From Ignavibacteriota bacterium (lineage in GTDB: Bacteria; Bacteroidota; Ignavibacteria; UBA10030), in assembly GCA_963727825.1 (NCBI GenBank), contig CAVSHO010000003.1, positions 1 to 49,282 on the forward strand: 49,282 nt of DNA, in the 5' to 3' direction. A program made the translations under genes and the position numbers. Position 1 is the first letter of the stretch, and each line of letters begins with the position of its first letter. The notes below the pieces were generated by a model. That model made no database searches. It was not told the origin of the DNA and saw nothing but the letters and a program-made list of their open reading frames with translations. Positions 38,845 through 49,282 of this stretch are shown here, piece by piece.

Positions 38845-38981
38845 TTTGTATAACTTTCTTGTTGTTTGTATATTATAGTTGGTAAAACTAATTCCTTATG
38901 CTGTGTCACCTATTTGCCTGGCTAACTGTGTTTATAATGTAGGAAAGTGAAGATACGCCTTCTGCGCAATAGAGTAATAAA

Positions 38982-39500
38982 TTATGCTGCTGCTGAGCGC
39001 TGGGCATCCCGACGTGCGGTGAGCAGAATATAACAACTCAGAAAGACTATCAAAGGAAATTGCTGAATGCGTTTTACCGTATGTGAGAATGTTATCTCGG
39101 AACGAAGGCGAATGCCCCAACGATTTCGGAAATGAATTATCTGTTCGTCAAAACTGGAATGGACATCGAGCGTGTTTCTAAAAAATCCTATCTTCACAGA
39201 ATACGTTTCTTCTTCGCCAATCGTCATGATTCCGGAACGCTTAAAAAAACTGGGCTGGTACGTCGCAACGATATCGCCGTTTTGTGCGCTCGCTATAATC
39301 TTTTTGGGTCTTAAAAGCCCTTGCCTGTCAAACGACCATATACCATCGGCGGATACCGCTTCTGAGCGGTTGTTCCAGAACCTCGACATTTTGATACTGC
39401 CAAGGAGTTCATCGCCAAATCTTATTTCATAATAAGGTTTCCATATGCTCGGTTGATGAAGCATGAGTGTAAAATCAAGATAAGATGTTATTGATTTCAT
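38982..39500 (-). CDS. Hypothetical protein (beta-rich, possibly tubby/LURP-like)
   Basis: 172-aa ORF with alternating beta pattern and a C-terminal hydrophobic helix; fold guess is inference. Confidence 0.7.
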   Translation of the reverse strand: MKSITSYLDFTLMLHQPSIWKPYYEIRFGDELLGSIKMSRFWNNRSEAVSADGIWSFDRQGLLRPKKIIASAQNGDIVATYQPSFFKRSGIMTIGEEETYSVKIGFFRNTLDVHSSFDEQIIHFRNRWGIRLRSEITFSHTVKRIQQFPLIVFLSCYILLTARRDAQRSAAA

Positions 39501-39550
39501 GAGAATTTCCAGAGTATTGAGAATTATTATTTTATCATCTATCAGAATTA

Positions 39551-39739
39551 CTAAGCCGAAGGATCTGCCGAATTATCGGAAGATTCCTTCGGCTTCGCTC
39601 TTCCTGCTTTCTTTACTGCATCAGTCAATAAAAATTCGATCTGTGCATTGACACTGCGCAAATCATCCGCAGCCCATTTCTCGAGAGAAGCATGAAGCGC
39701 TTCATCGAGACGAAGCAGGAATTTTTTCTTTTCACCCAT
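39551..39739 (-). CDS. Arc-family ribbon-helix-helix DNA-binding protein
   Basis: KKKFLLRLD......[20 protein letters not shown]; TAATG coupling to the SPFH gene. Confidence 0.88.
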   Translation of the reverse strand: MGEKKKFLLRLDEALHASLEKWAADDLRSVNAQIEFLLTDAVKKAGRAKPKESSDNSADPSA

Positions 39740-40611
39740 TAGTACAGTGTGCCCGTATTAATGATCGGTTGTGCCTCGGATTCCGAAACCAATGCGACCA
39801 TGAGATTGTTGACCATACTCGCTTTCTTTTCTTCATCTAAGGTCACAATTTTTTGCTCGCTTAACAAATTCAGTGCATGCTGGACCATCCCAACGGCGCC
39901 TTCCACGATTTTCTGGCGTGCTGCGATGATTGCCTGCGCTTGCTGGCGCCGCAGCATTGCTTGTGCAATTTCCGGAGCATAAGCAAGATGCGTTAAACGG
40001 GACTCTACTACCTCGACACCGGCAACTTGCAGGCGGTTCTGAAGTTGTTGCTTGAGATTATCTGCAACTTCCTGCGGATTGCCCCGCAGCGAAGAGCGGA
40101 CTTCATCTTGCGAATCATATGGAAACTCGCTTGCAAGCGCACGGATAGCAGTCTCACTTTGAATAGCAATAAATTGTTCGTAATTCTGAACATCGAACAA
40201 TGCCCGCGCCGAATCTACAACATACCATACAACGACAGATGCAATTTCAATCGGGTTCCCATGCGAATCGTTTACTTTTATTTTATCGCTGTTAAAATTG
40301 TGGATGCGCAGGGAAATATGGCGCTTGATAGCAAACGGATTTGCCCACCAGAAACCATCCAGACGGATGGAACCGATATATTTTCCAAAAAGTACGAGCA
40401 CACGCGCTTCGTTCGGTTGGACAATGAGAAATCCGGCAGAAAAAATTCCTGTCGCGAGAAGCAGCGGTATAGCGATCCATAAAATCCATAACGCTCTCTC
40501 CGTCGCTATCGTATAGATTAGAAGAGCGCTCGTTGCAAGAAGCAAGAAAAGAATGAAAGCGGCAGTATAGCCATTCATTTTGAAAGCTTTCGTTTCAGTA
40601 ACTGTTTGCAT
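39739..40611 (-). CDS. SPFH/band-7 domain membrane protein
   Basis: Two TMs; [17 protein letters not shown]; KVND..GNPIEI; [18 protein letters not shown]; INTGTLY. Confidence 0.93.
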   Translation of the reverse strand: MQTVTETKAFKMNGYTAAFILFLLLATSALLIYTIATERALWILWIAIPLLLATGIFSAGFLIVQPNEARVLVLFGKYIGSIRLDGFWWANPFAIKRHISLRIHNFNSDKIKVNDSHGNPIEIASVVVWYVVDSARALFDVQNYEQFIAIQSETAIRALASEFPYDSQDEVRSSLRGNPQEVADNLKQQLQNRLQVAGVEVVESRLTHLAYAPEIAQAMLRRQQAQAIIAARQKIVEGAVGMVQHALNLLSEQKIVTLDEEKKASMVNNLMVALVSESEAQPIINTGTLY

Positions 40612-40633
40612 TTTTTCCTCCTATTGAATTGTA

Positions 40634-40674
40634 ATGCTATTATAATGATAGCATAATGATATCATATATGTCAA
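40634..40674 (-). promoter_or_regulatory. Promoter of the SPFH-RHH operon overlapped by three operator boxes
   Basis: TTGACA(40674-69)-18 bp-TATCAT with TG; boxes ATGCTATTAT/ATGATAGCAT/ATGATATCAT at 40634, 40645, 40656. Confidence 0.7.
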
Positions 40675-40753
40675 GTACTTTTTTAAGATTTTTTTATGGA
40701 AATAATACATTGTACATACTGGGTTTACAACTCAGATATTTAATGTCGGAGAA

Positions 40754-40816
40754 ATGGCTTTTTAGTTCCGTAAGTGTTGTGACGAACTCGCTGAGGCACG
40801 AGGCGTGAAGTTGTAG
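40754..40816 (+). pseudogene. Degenerate copy of the copA 3' end
   Basis: agttccgtaagtgttgtgacgaactcgctgag vs copA agttctgtaagtgtggtgacgaactcgttgag (37466-37497); encodes [11 protein letters not shown]. Confidence 0.8.
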
Positions 40817-40943
40817 GGTGTTTGGATTTTTTTTGGGGGGAGATTCAGAAAGATTAAGTTTGGAGTGAGTTGCACTCACGACCTTTTTGTTCGGGAGAAT
40901 ATCCCCTTACGTCCTTAATCTTTTCTCGAGCAGTTGGTTCTAG

Positions 40944-41372
40944 CTATTTTGTGCTCAATTTAATTGCTATGAGTGCTTTGGCAGTCTCGATATCCTTTTT
41001 ATTTTTAAATAGAACTGTCAGTCCCCGGATCTTACCATAATGTTTCCCATCCTTGAACTGTTTTTTCATTTCCGCTGGAATGGTGCTGTCCGCAATTGCC
41101 TTTGTAGCTCTATCGGTAAAGTAAAACGTGATTCTGAAAGTCCCTTTGATAACGCCTAACCAGAAGACATTCTTTTTCTTCCGCATATTCTTCATCAGCC
41201 AGCTTTTCCCGTCGTTGTAATACCGCCACTCCGAAGTAATATCAGGATAGTTCACATGAAGATATCCAAAAAAGGAATCCCAGATGTCTTTCATTTTCCC
41301 GAGATGTAAAGAGATTATTTCATCAGTGGGAAATTGTGTTTTATCGGAGAGTACCGGTAGATCCATGTTCAT
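40944..41372 (-). CDS. DUF3788-like protein
   Basis: PVLSDKTQFPT...EWRYYNDGKSWLMK...KKKNVFWL...FRITFYF...A..LI.IK. Confidence 0.7.
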   Translation of the reverse strand: MNMDLPVLSDKTQFPTDEIISLHLGKMKDIWDSFFGYLHVNYPDITSEWRYYNDGKSWLMKNMRKKKNVFWLGVIKGTFRITFYFTDRATKAIADSTIPAEMKKQFKDGKHYGKIRGLTVLFKNKKDIETAKALIAIKLSTK

Positions 41373-41819
41373 TCCTCCTGAACAAAGTTATCAGCAGTTG
41401 CTATTGCACTATGTGATGAAGCGAATTCCTAAAAAGTTAGCGCGAATGGGAACCACTGTAGTAAAGTGTAGTATTAATTTGAATTAGAAACAAGGTTTCT
41501 CAAAGGGATGTATAACTCTCCAAACAGTATGGCGGGTAAACTATATGTTCCTACAATAGCCCATAAGCAGGGTCGAAGTGCCTGTGTCCGATTAGCCAAT
41601 AAAGATTGCGATTAACATTACAGGTTGCTATATTAACCTATATATTATCACCCTTTGTAGGGACAGAAAGTATTTCGTGAAACATTTATCGATCCTTTTT
41701 CCGAACATCAAAGGTGGGGAAAAAAGTATAAGTTGTGCGTTACCAATAATTCATAAAACGAAATATCACCATATTTTCTTTTAAATATTTTTTATTCACT
41801 TTTTTGAAAGGAGTTTTTC

Positions 41820-41978
41820 ATGGGAACGACCACAGTCACTCTTTCGACGGTTGCCAGCTTTTTTTTCATAATTCTTTTTTTGTATTTGCTTTACATTATT
41901 GGCGGGGTTTCGCAGAATGTAAAGAAATTGTTGGAAAAAGTACAAGAGTTAGAGAACAAATTGAATTCTAAACAATAG
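41820..41978 (+). CDS. 52-aa single-TM + coiled-coil small protein (not in ORF track)
   Basis: RBS AAAGGAG 6 nt before ATG; MGTTTVTLSTVASFFFIILFLYLLYIIGGVSQNVKKLLEKVQELENKLNSKQ*; hairpin downstream at about 42034-42071. Confidence 0.7.
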   Translation: MGTTTVTLSTVASFFFIILFLYLLYIIGGVSQNVKKLLEKVQELENKLNSKQ

Positions 41979-42116
41979 ACATCTTCGTTGTAGTTATCTG
42001 GACACTTGTCTAAACAAAACTCAAAAAACTCCTTCAGGATTTTTGGTACATTGGCGCGCCAAAAATTCTGAGAGATTTGCGCTCACTTTTTAGTACCCAC
42101 CAGATTAAATATATTG

Positions 42117-42261
42117 GAGCCTATCTCAAAAATGATTTGAAGTCATATTGAGCGTTCGCCTGAGCTCACGCCGAAGGCTTGTCGAAATGTGACTAAACAC
42201 TCTACAGCCAGACTTCGACATGCTCAGTCTGACTGTAACGACATATTTCTGAGATAGGTTC
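42117..42261. mobile_element. 145-bp MITE-like element enclosing a REP-like doublet
   Basis: TIRs gagcctatctcaaaaat / atttctgagataggttc (15/17); internal gtcatattgagc...ttgtcgaaatgtgac and inverted gacttcgacatgctcagtctgac. Confidence 0.65.
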
Positions 42262-42309
42262 TAGTAAAAAAATAATCTAAATTTTGTATGGTTTATTTTA
42301 GAAAATAAT

Positions 42310-42582
42310 CGCCACTCCGAAGTAATTTCAGAATGGATCTCATGAAGATATTTAAAAAGGAGACTTAAATATCTTCTGTTTTTCCGAGACGCGAAAAGAT
42401 TATTCCTTCCGGAAGAAAATGCATTTTATTGAAAAGCACCGGTTGATCCATGTTCATTCCTCCTGAACAAAGTTCTCAACAGAAACAATTGCATTGTAGT
42501 GATGAAGCGAATCCCCAAAAAGTTAGCACAAATGGGAACCTCTGGTTGTAAAGTGTAGTGAGTTTTGAAGTCAGAATCAAGG
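42310..42582 (-). pseudogene. Degraded duplicate of the DUF3788 5' half and its upstream region
   Basis: Aligns with 41224-41495 (cgccactccgaagtaat...gatccatgttcattcctcctgaacaaagtt...gtgatgaagcgaat...gtaaagtgtagt); contains indels. Confidence 0.85.
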
Positions 42583-42595
42583 AAGCTGGAGTCTG

Positions 42596-42706
42596 GGTAG
42601 TGTCTCAGTTTCGTGCGGTCAGGACTTACGTCCTGACCGATCCTGTTGGATGTCAGGAGGAAACTCCTGACATCACTCGCCAGTAATATTAAATTGAGAC
42701 ACTACC
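42596..42706. mobile_element. 111-bp MITE with 16-bp TIRs and 8-bp target duplication
   Basis: ggtagtgtctcagttt / aaattgagacactacc (15/16); flanks ggagtctg and ggggtctg (7/8); two internal gtcagga..tcctgac hairpins. Confidence 0.8.
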
Positions 42707-42728
42707 GGGGTCTGTGAGTAGATGAGTC

Positions 42729-42752
42729 GTAGGGGCTTGACATGTCAAGCCC
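42729..42752 (+). repeat. GTAG-type REP-like palindrome
   Basis: GTAG followed by perfect 20-bp palindrome gggcttgacatgtcaagccc. Confidence 0.65.
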
Positions 42753-42800
42753 AGGCTCTGTTCGATGAACCAATAAAGATTACAGGTTGCAATTTCCCAA

Positions 42801-43439
42801 TCATTGTTTTGGATATCCTACGGTCTGTGCAAGAATAATCTTTTGTTCCGGCCGAAGCTTCAATTCTTTCGTTAGAGTTTCACGATCGACCATTCCTCTC
42901 ACAACAGTTGCCAGTCCCTGCGAAGCACAATAAAGGTATACATTCTGTGCAATGAATCCAGTAGCAGCAGAACTCCAACGAATTTTATCTTCTTCGTTTG
43001 TGCGAGTTATTCGCTTCTCATTTGAGATATACACGAGATTAAGAGGTGCTTCTTTTACGAAATCTTGTTTGCCGGTAGCCTCGCGTAAATCTTTTTTGGT
43101 AATGAGTAATAAGCTATTCGATTTTGCATCATACGTATATGTCCCATTTTGTATCATCACATAAATATCAATTTCTTGCCAGTTCATAGCCGATGGAGCC
43201 GTTCGTTTTCCGCTTTCAGGACGATTTATTCCGTCTGCTGCCCAAAGAAGATTCGAAAGCTCTTGCAGTGGCAGTGGTTTTGAGTCAAAGCTCCTCAACG
43301 ATTGTCGAAGCTTTAATGCTTGCATCAAAGGTTTGCCGATCTCAGTCTGTGGTTGAGGAAGCTGGATGGGTTTTAGGTCTTGAGCTAAAGAGATGGAGAG
43401 AGAAATAATTAGAAAAAGAAAAACGCGGCAGAACTTCAT
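42801..43439 (-). CDS. Nitroreductase / SagB-like dehydrogenase family protein, with signal peptide
   Basis: ALKLRQSLRSF, LSNLLWAA.GINR, RTAPSA.N.QEI, GFIAQNVYLYC...GL, QTVGYP. Confidence 0.9.
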   Translation of the reverse strand: MKFCRVFLFLIISLSISLAQDLKPIQLPQPQTEIGKPLMQALKLRQSLRSFDSKPLPLQELSNLLWAADGINRPESGKRTAPSAMNWQEIDIYVMIQNGTYTYDAKSNSLLLITKKDLREATGKQDFVKEAPLNLVYISNEKRITRTNEEDKIRWSSAATGFIAQNVYLYCASQGLATVVRGMVDRETLTKELKLRPEQKIILAQTVGYPKQ

Positions 43440-43783
43440 CTTTGTATTCCTTTATTAGTGGTTATGTTTAAATAATCTATCCCCAAAATCATAAAAAGGC
43501 AAACGAAATGATATGTGGTTTTCAAGCCAAATATTTAATGATCGCGCAAGTGATTTTTTTAGAATCGCCATTTCTCTTTGATTTTTCCAACTAAATGCGT
43601 ATCTTAATGGCGAAATTTCAATATAATCCACACCTTATATACTATAAATATATGAGGGAAAGGGATTTTCCCAAAATTATGGATACTGAACAACAAATGG
43701 CATTAGGCTATTGGCTTATAAACGAATGCTGATAACTGAAAGCTAATAACTCATACAGGTAGAACTAACATAGGAGTAATAAG

Positions 43784-44002
43784 ATGGATCGATATAAAGA
43801 ATTGCTAGATCTTGTAGCAACATTCCAAGGAGATTTTGAAAAATTTTATTTGAAGCAGAATAAATCGGCTGGTGTGCGTTTACGTAAACATATGGCCAAC
43901 TTAAAAAGGAAAGCACAGGAAATTCGTAATGAGGTTCAAGATGTAAAGGCAAAGATGGCGGAAGAAACATCACAGCCAACCCCGCCAACACCAGCAGCAT
44001 AA
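43784..44002 (+). CDS. Histone H1-like Hc1-family small basic protein (short form)
   Basis: DFEKFY.KQNKSAGVRLRK.M..LK..AQEIR; RBS AGGAG. Confidence 0.85.
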   Translation: MDRYKELLDLVATFQGDFEKFYLKQNKSAGVRLRKHMANLKRKAQEIRNEVQDVKAKMAEETSQPTPPTPAA

Positions 44003-44015
44003 ATTCATTATTTTC

Positions 44016-44058
44016 AATTAGCTTGCCTGCAATTTGCTATACTGGCAAGCTAATTGTT
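44016..44058 (+). terminator. Hairpin/terminator after the Hc1-like gene
   Basis: aattagcttgcc...ggcaagctaatt then gttt. Confidence 0.65.
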
Positions 44059-44289
44059 TGTATAAAATTTAATTTGTTTTATCTGTTATGTAAAGATGTC
44101 TGAGATATAAGGCTCGAACGCATTTTTATGAGTATCAATGAGCAATTTCATTTTCCATTGAAATGAGCAAAGTATTTTGGCGTAATTGGTTTTATTAAAC
44201 AACACCGATGTTTAGTTTGCAGGCAGAACCTCTTGAAACGGTTTTTTAGTTATCAAGTTATTAATAAGTTTGTAAGGGAATAAAAAATA

Positions 44290-44463
44290 ATGAAAAAATA
44301 TATATTGCTTGGCCTGCTTGCTGGTACCGCAATTTCATTAGGACTGTTATTCCTTATACGGAAGAGATCTGAAGGAATGGAATTTCATGATTTTGTTGAT
44401 TCATCTTCAATCGCAGACGATCTCTTTGGAAAAGCGTTCCGCGAATTACCGGATAAACCATGA
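44290..44463 (+). CDS. 57-aa membrane-anchored small protein (not in ORF track)
   Basis: MKKYILLGLLAGTAISLGLLFLIRKRSEGMEFHDFVDSSSIADDLFGKAFRELPDKP*; AAGGGA upstream. Confidence 0.65.
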   Translation: MKKYILLGLLAGTAISLGLLFLIRKRSEGMEFHDFVDSSSIADDLFGKAFRELPDKP

Positions 44464-44601
44464 TAGTACTATCACCGGATTCGGAGAGACAGAAGTGTGT
44501 GGAGTCTTTAGTATTCGGTGGTGATTTAAATAATCTCGAAATCGTAAGATATATTTCTAAAGAAAAATTCTTGCAGTAAAAGAAATGAGTTTGTTTTAGC
44601 A

Positions 44602-45225
44602 ATGACAGATCTAAACGAACAACGAAAAAAAGTTGAAGAGCTTAAGCGAAAAATTCTTGAGCAGAAAAAGAAAGGCGATGCGACGTTATCGTCAGATCTG
44701 CCTACAAATAAATCTCCAGACGAGACAACGGAACAGAAGGCACCTGATCAGAGTCAAGCACAGGATATTAAACAGCAAGTTAAGATAGAGACTCAACATC
44801 AAACAGAGGAAGTAAAAGACAAAATAGATAAAATTGCTCCCCGACAACAAGAAGAAGAGAAACGGCCCACAGAGACAGAAAAAAATGCACAGGTCCAACA
44901 TACGGTTGCGGTTGCTTCTTTGCAGGCATATGCGCAGACTCTTAAAGAAGCATGGGCAAATGGATCGTTAAGTAAAGATGAAGAAAATTTGTTGTCGACG
45001 TTACGAAAATCAATGGGTATTAGCAATGAAGAGCATTTGAGTTTAGAACGAGAACTTCGGCTTGAAATCTATTCGCAGGCAATTTTTGACATTTGGAAGA
45101 ATGCATCTATAACACTTCAAGATTTAGATAGGCTGGATGTTCTGCGGGAGAAGTTTAATATTTCAGCTGAAGAACATATGCGATTGGAAAAGCAAGTTCG
45201 GAATGAAATATTAAGACGACATTAA
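44602..45225 (+). CDS. Protein with two tandem ~48-aa helical repeats (ENT-like / TerB-like)
   Basis: LQAYAQTLKEAWANGSLSKDEENLLSTLRKSMGISNEEHLSLE and LEIYSQAIFDIWKNASITLQDLDRLDVLREKFNISAEEHMRLE after a coiled-coil/disordered N-terminus. Confidence 0.75.
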   Translation: MTDLNEQRKKVEELKRKILEQKKKGDATLSSDLPTNKSPDETTEQKAPDQSQAQDIKQQVKIETQHQTEEVKDKIDKIAPRQQEEEKRPTETEKNAQVQHTVAVASLQAYAQTLKEAWANGSLSKDEENLLSTLRKSMGISNEEHLSLERELRLEIYSQAIFDIWKNASITLQDLDRLDVLREKFNISAEEHMRLEKQVRNEILRRH

Positions 45226-45253
45226 ATTATTCTTAAGTAATTTGAAATAGATG

Positions 45254-45398
45254 TTGACTTTTAGAGATTGATATGCTATATTAAAATCCCGCACAATTGC
45301 GGCGGAAGTTCCTTATAAAAAGAGTTTGAATGCCCATTGTTACATGGGCATTTTTATCGTTAGTCCCGTTTGAAACGGGATAAGGATGTTCTTTGAAA
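45254..45398 (+). promoter_or_regulatory. rrn promoter and boxB/boxA antitermination leader
   Basis: TTGACT(45254)-17 bp-TATATT(45277); hairpin tcccgtttgaaacggga; boxA TGTTCTTTGAAA at 45387. Confidence 0.8.
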
Positions 45399-45505
45399 AA
45401 GTGTGCACGACAAATGTCAATTTAACTGGGTTTCAACCCTAATTGAAATGTCTAACGACTCAGAGATTAGGTTATCAGACTTGAAATTGAGAATATAAAA
45501 ATTCT

Positions 45506-47048
<1,543 letters not shown>

Positions 47049-47153
47049 AGATCTCGTCCGAGCAATCGGAACGAAAATCTCATACAATTCTGCCCAATTA
47101 AGTTGGCAAGAATCGTGCACACTTTTTATTTTTTTTCGTGTTAGTTTAACTCT

Positions 47154-47227
<74 letters not shown>

Positions 47228-47257
47228 CACTGGGGTATGTGTCCGGACGCCAGCTAC

Positions 47258-47331
47258 GGGGCTGTAGCTCAGCTTGGGAGAGCGCCTGGTTTGCAACCAG
47301 GAGGTCGCCGGTTCGATCCCGACCAGCTCCA
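47258..47331 (+). tRNA. tRNA-Ala(UGC)
   Basis: GGGGCTGTAGCTCAG...CCTGG-TTTGCAA-CCAGG...GTTCGATCC...CAGCTCCA; G3-U70. Confidence 0.96.
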
Positions 47332-47366
47332 CGAGATTTCGGAATTCTAATTTCGAAATATTTTTT

Positions 47367-47378
47367 TGTTCTTTGACA
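47367..47378 (+). promoter_or_regulatory. Spacer boxA
   Basis: TGTTCTTTGACA in the ITS. Confidence 0.75.
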
Positions 47379-47575
47379 ATTGGGAAGTGTGAATAATTCT
47401 AGTAACGACTAGTAGCTGTTAGGTAATGCAAATTATTTGACGAGCAAACGAGTGAACGATTATTCCAAATGCATAACCTAAATATTTATTTTCAAGTTTT
47501 TCTGTCCGAAATTCTAATGATGCACCTTTGTCTCGTAATAAGAGATGATTTATCTGTGTATCAACAAAGATTTTT

Positions 47576-49282
<1,707 letters not shown>

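Noticed and set aside
41640-41760. c-di-GMP riboswitch upstream of the 52-aa ORF
   Set aside because: Only a GTTACC-like tail matches; the GCAAA/GNRA-receptor core is absent
42596-42752. CRISPR array
   Set aside because: The hairpins are not identical repeats with unique spacers; no cas genes in the window
43651-43757. Fluoride riboswitch upstream of the Hc1-like gene
   Set aside because: gctaataactcatac resembles the 3' consensus, but the 5' GATG..GTTC pseudoknot partner and spacing do not fit, and the downstream gene is unrelated
44354-44602. 82-aa minus-strand ORF
   Set aside because: Overlaps the more credible plus-strand 57-aa ORF; no RBS or motif

Overview
Bacterial chromosomal window. 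The 16S signature and gene content suggest an Ignavibacteria/Chlorobi-related Bacteroidota lineage (inference). The backbone holds tRNA-Glu/His, nfnAB, a TetR-regulated tripartite RND pump, an unusual TonB-C protein co-transcribed with an 897-aa protein of 11 TPR-like hairpins, envC/DUF4292/TPR, cpoB, radA, rdgB, a frameshifted cNMP-GAF histidine kinase, copZA, an SPFH + ribbon-helix-helix pair, a nitroreductase, an Hc1-like protein, a tandem ENT/TerB-like repeat protein and the start of an rrn operon (16S-Ile-Ala-23S partial). The most notable feature is a ~7.06-kb capsid-less, phage-satellite-like element (integrase, exported cargo, replication initiator with iterons, DnaB-like helicase, HTH/TerS-like gene). 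It is bounded by a 58-bp direct repeat of the 5' part of tRNA-Pro(UGG), not the usual 3' part. The host tRNA promoter therefore points into a truncated tRNA and the integrase, and the intact tRNA sits beyond a terminator at the far end. The element also carries three hairpins whose loops are complementary to upstream sequence, one of them a kissing-loop RNA. The 37.5-42.8 kb region is a plastic zone with duplicated gene fragments, two MITE-like elements, REP-like palindromes and an unannotated small ORF. All calls are by eye; no searches were run.
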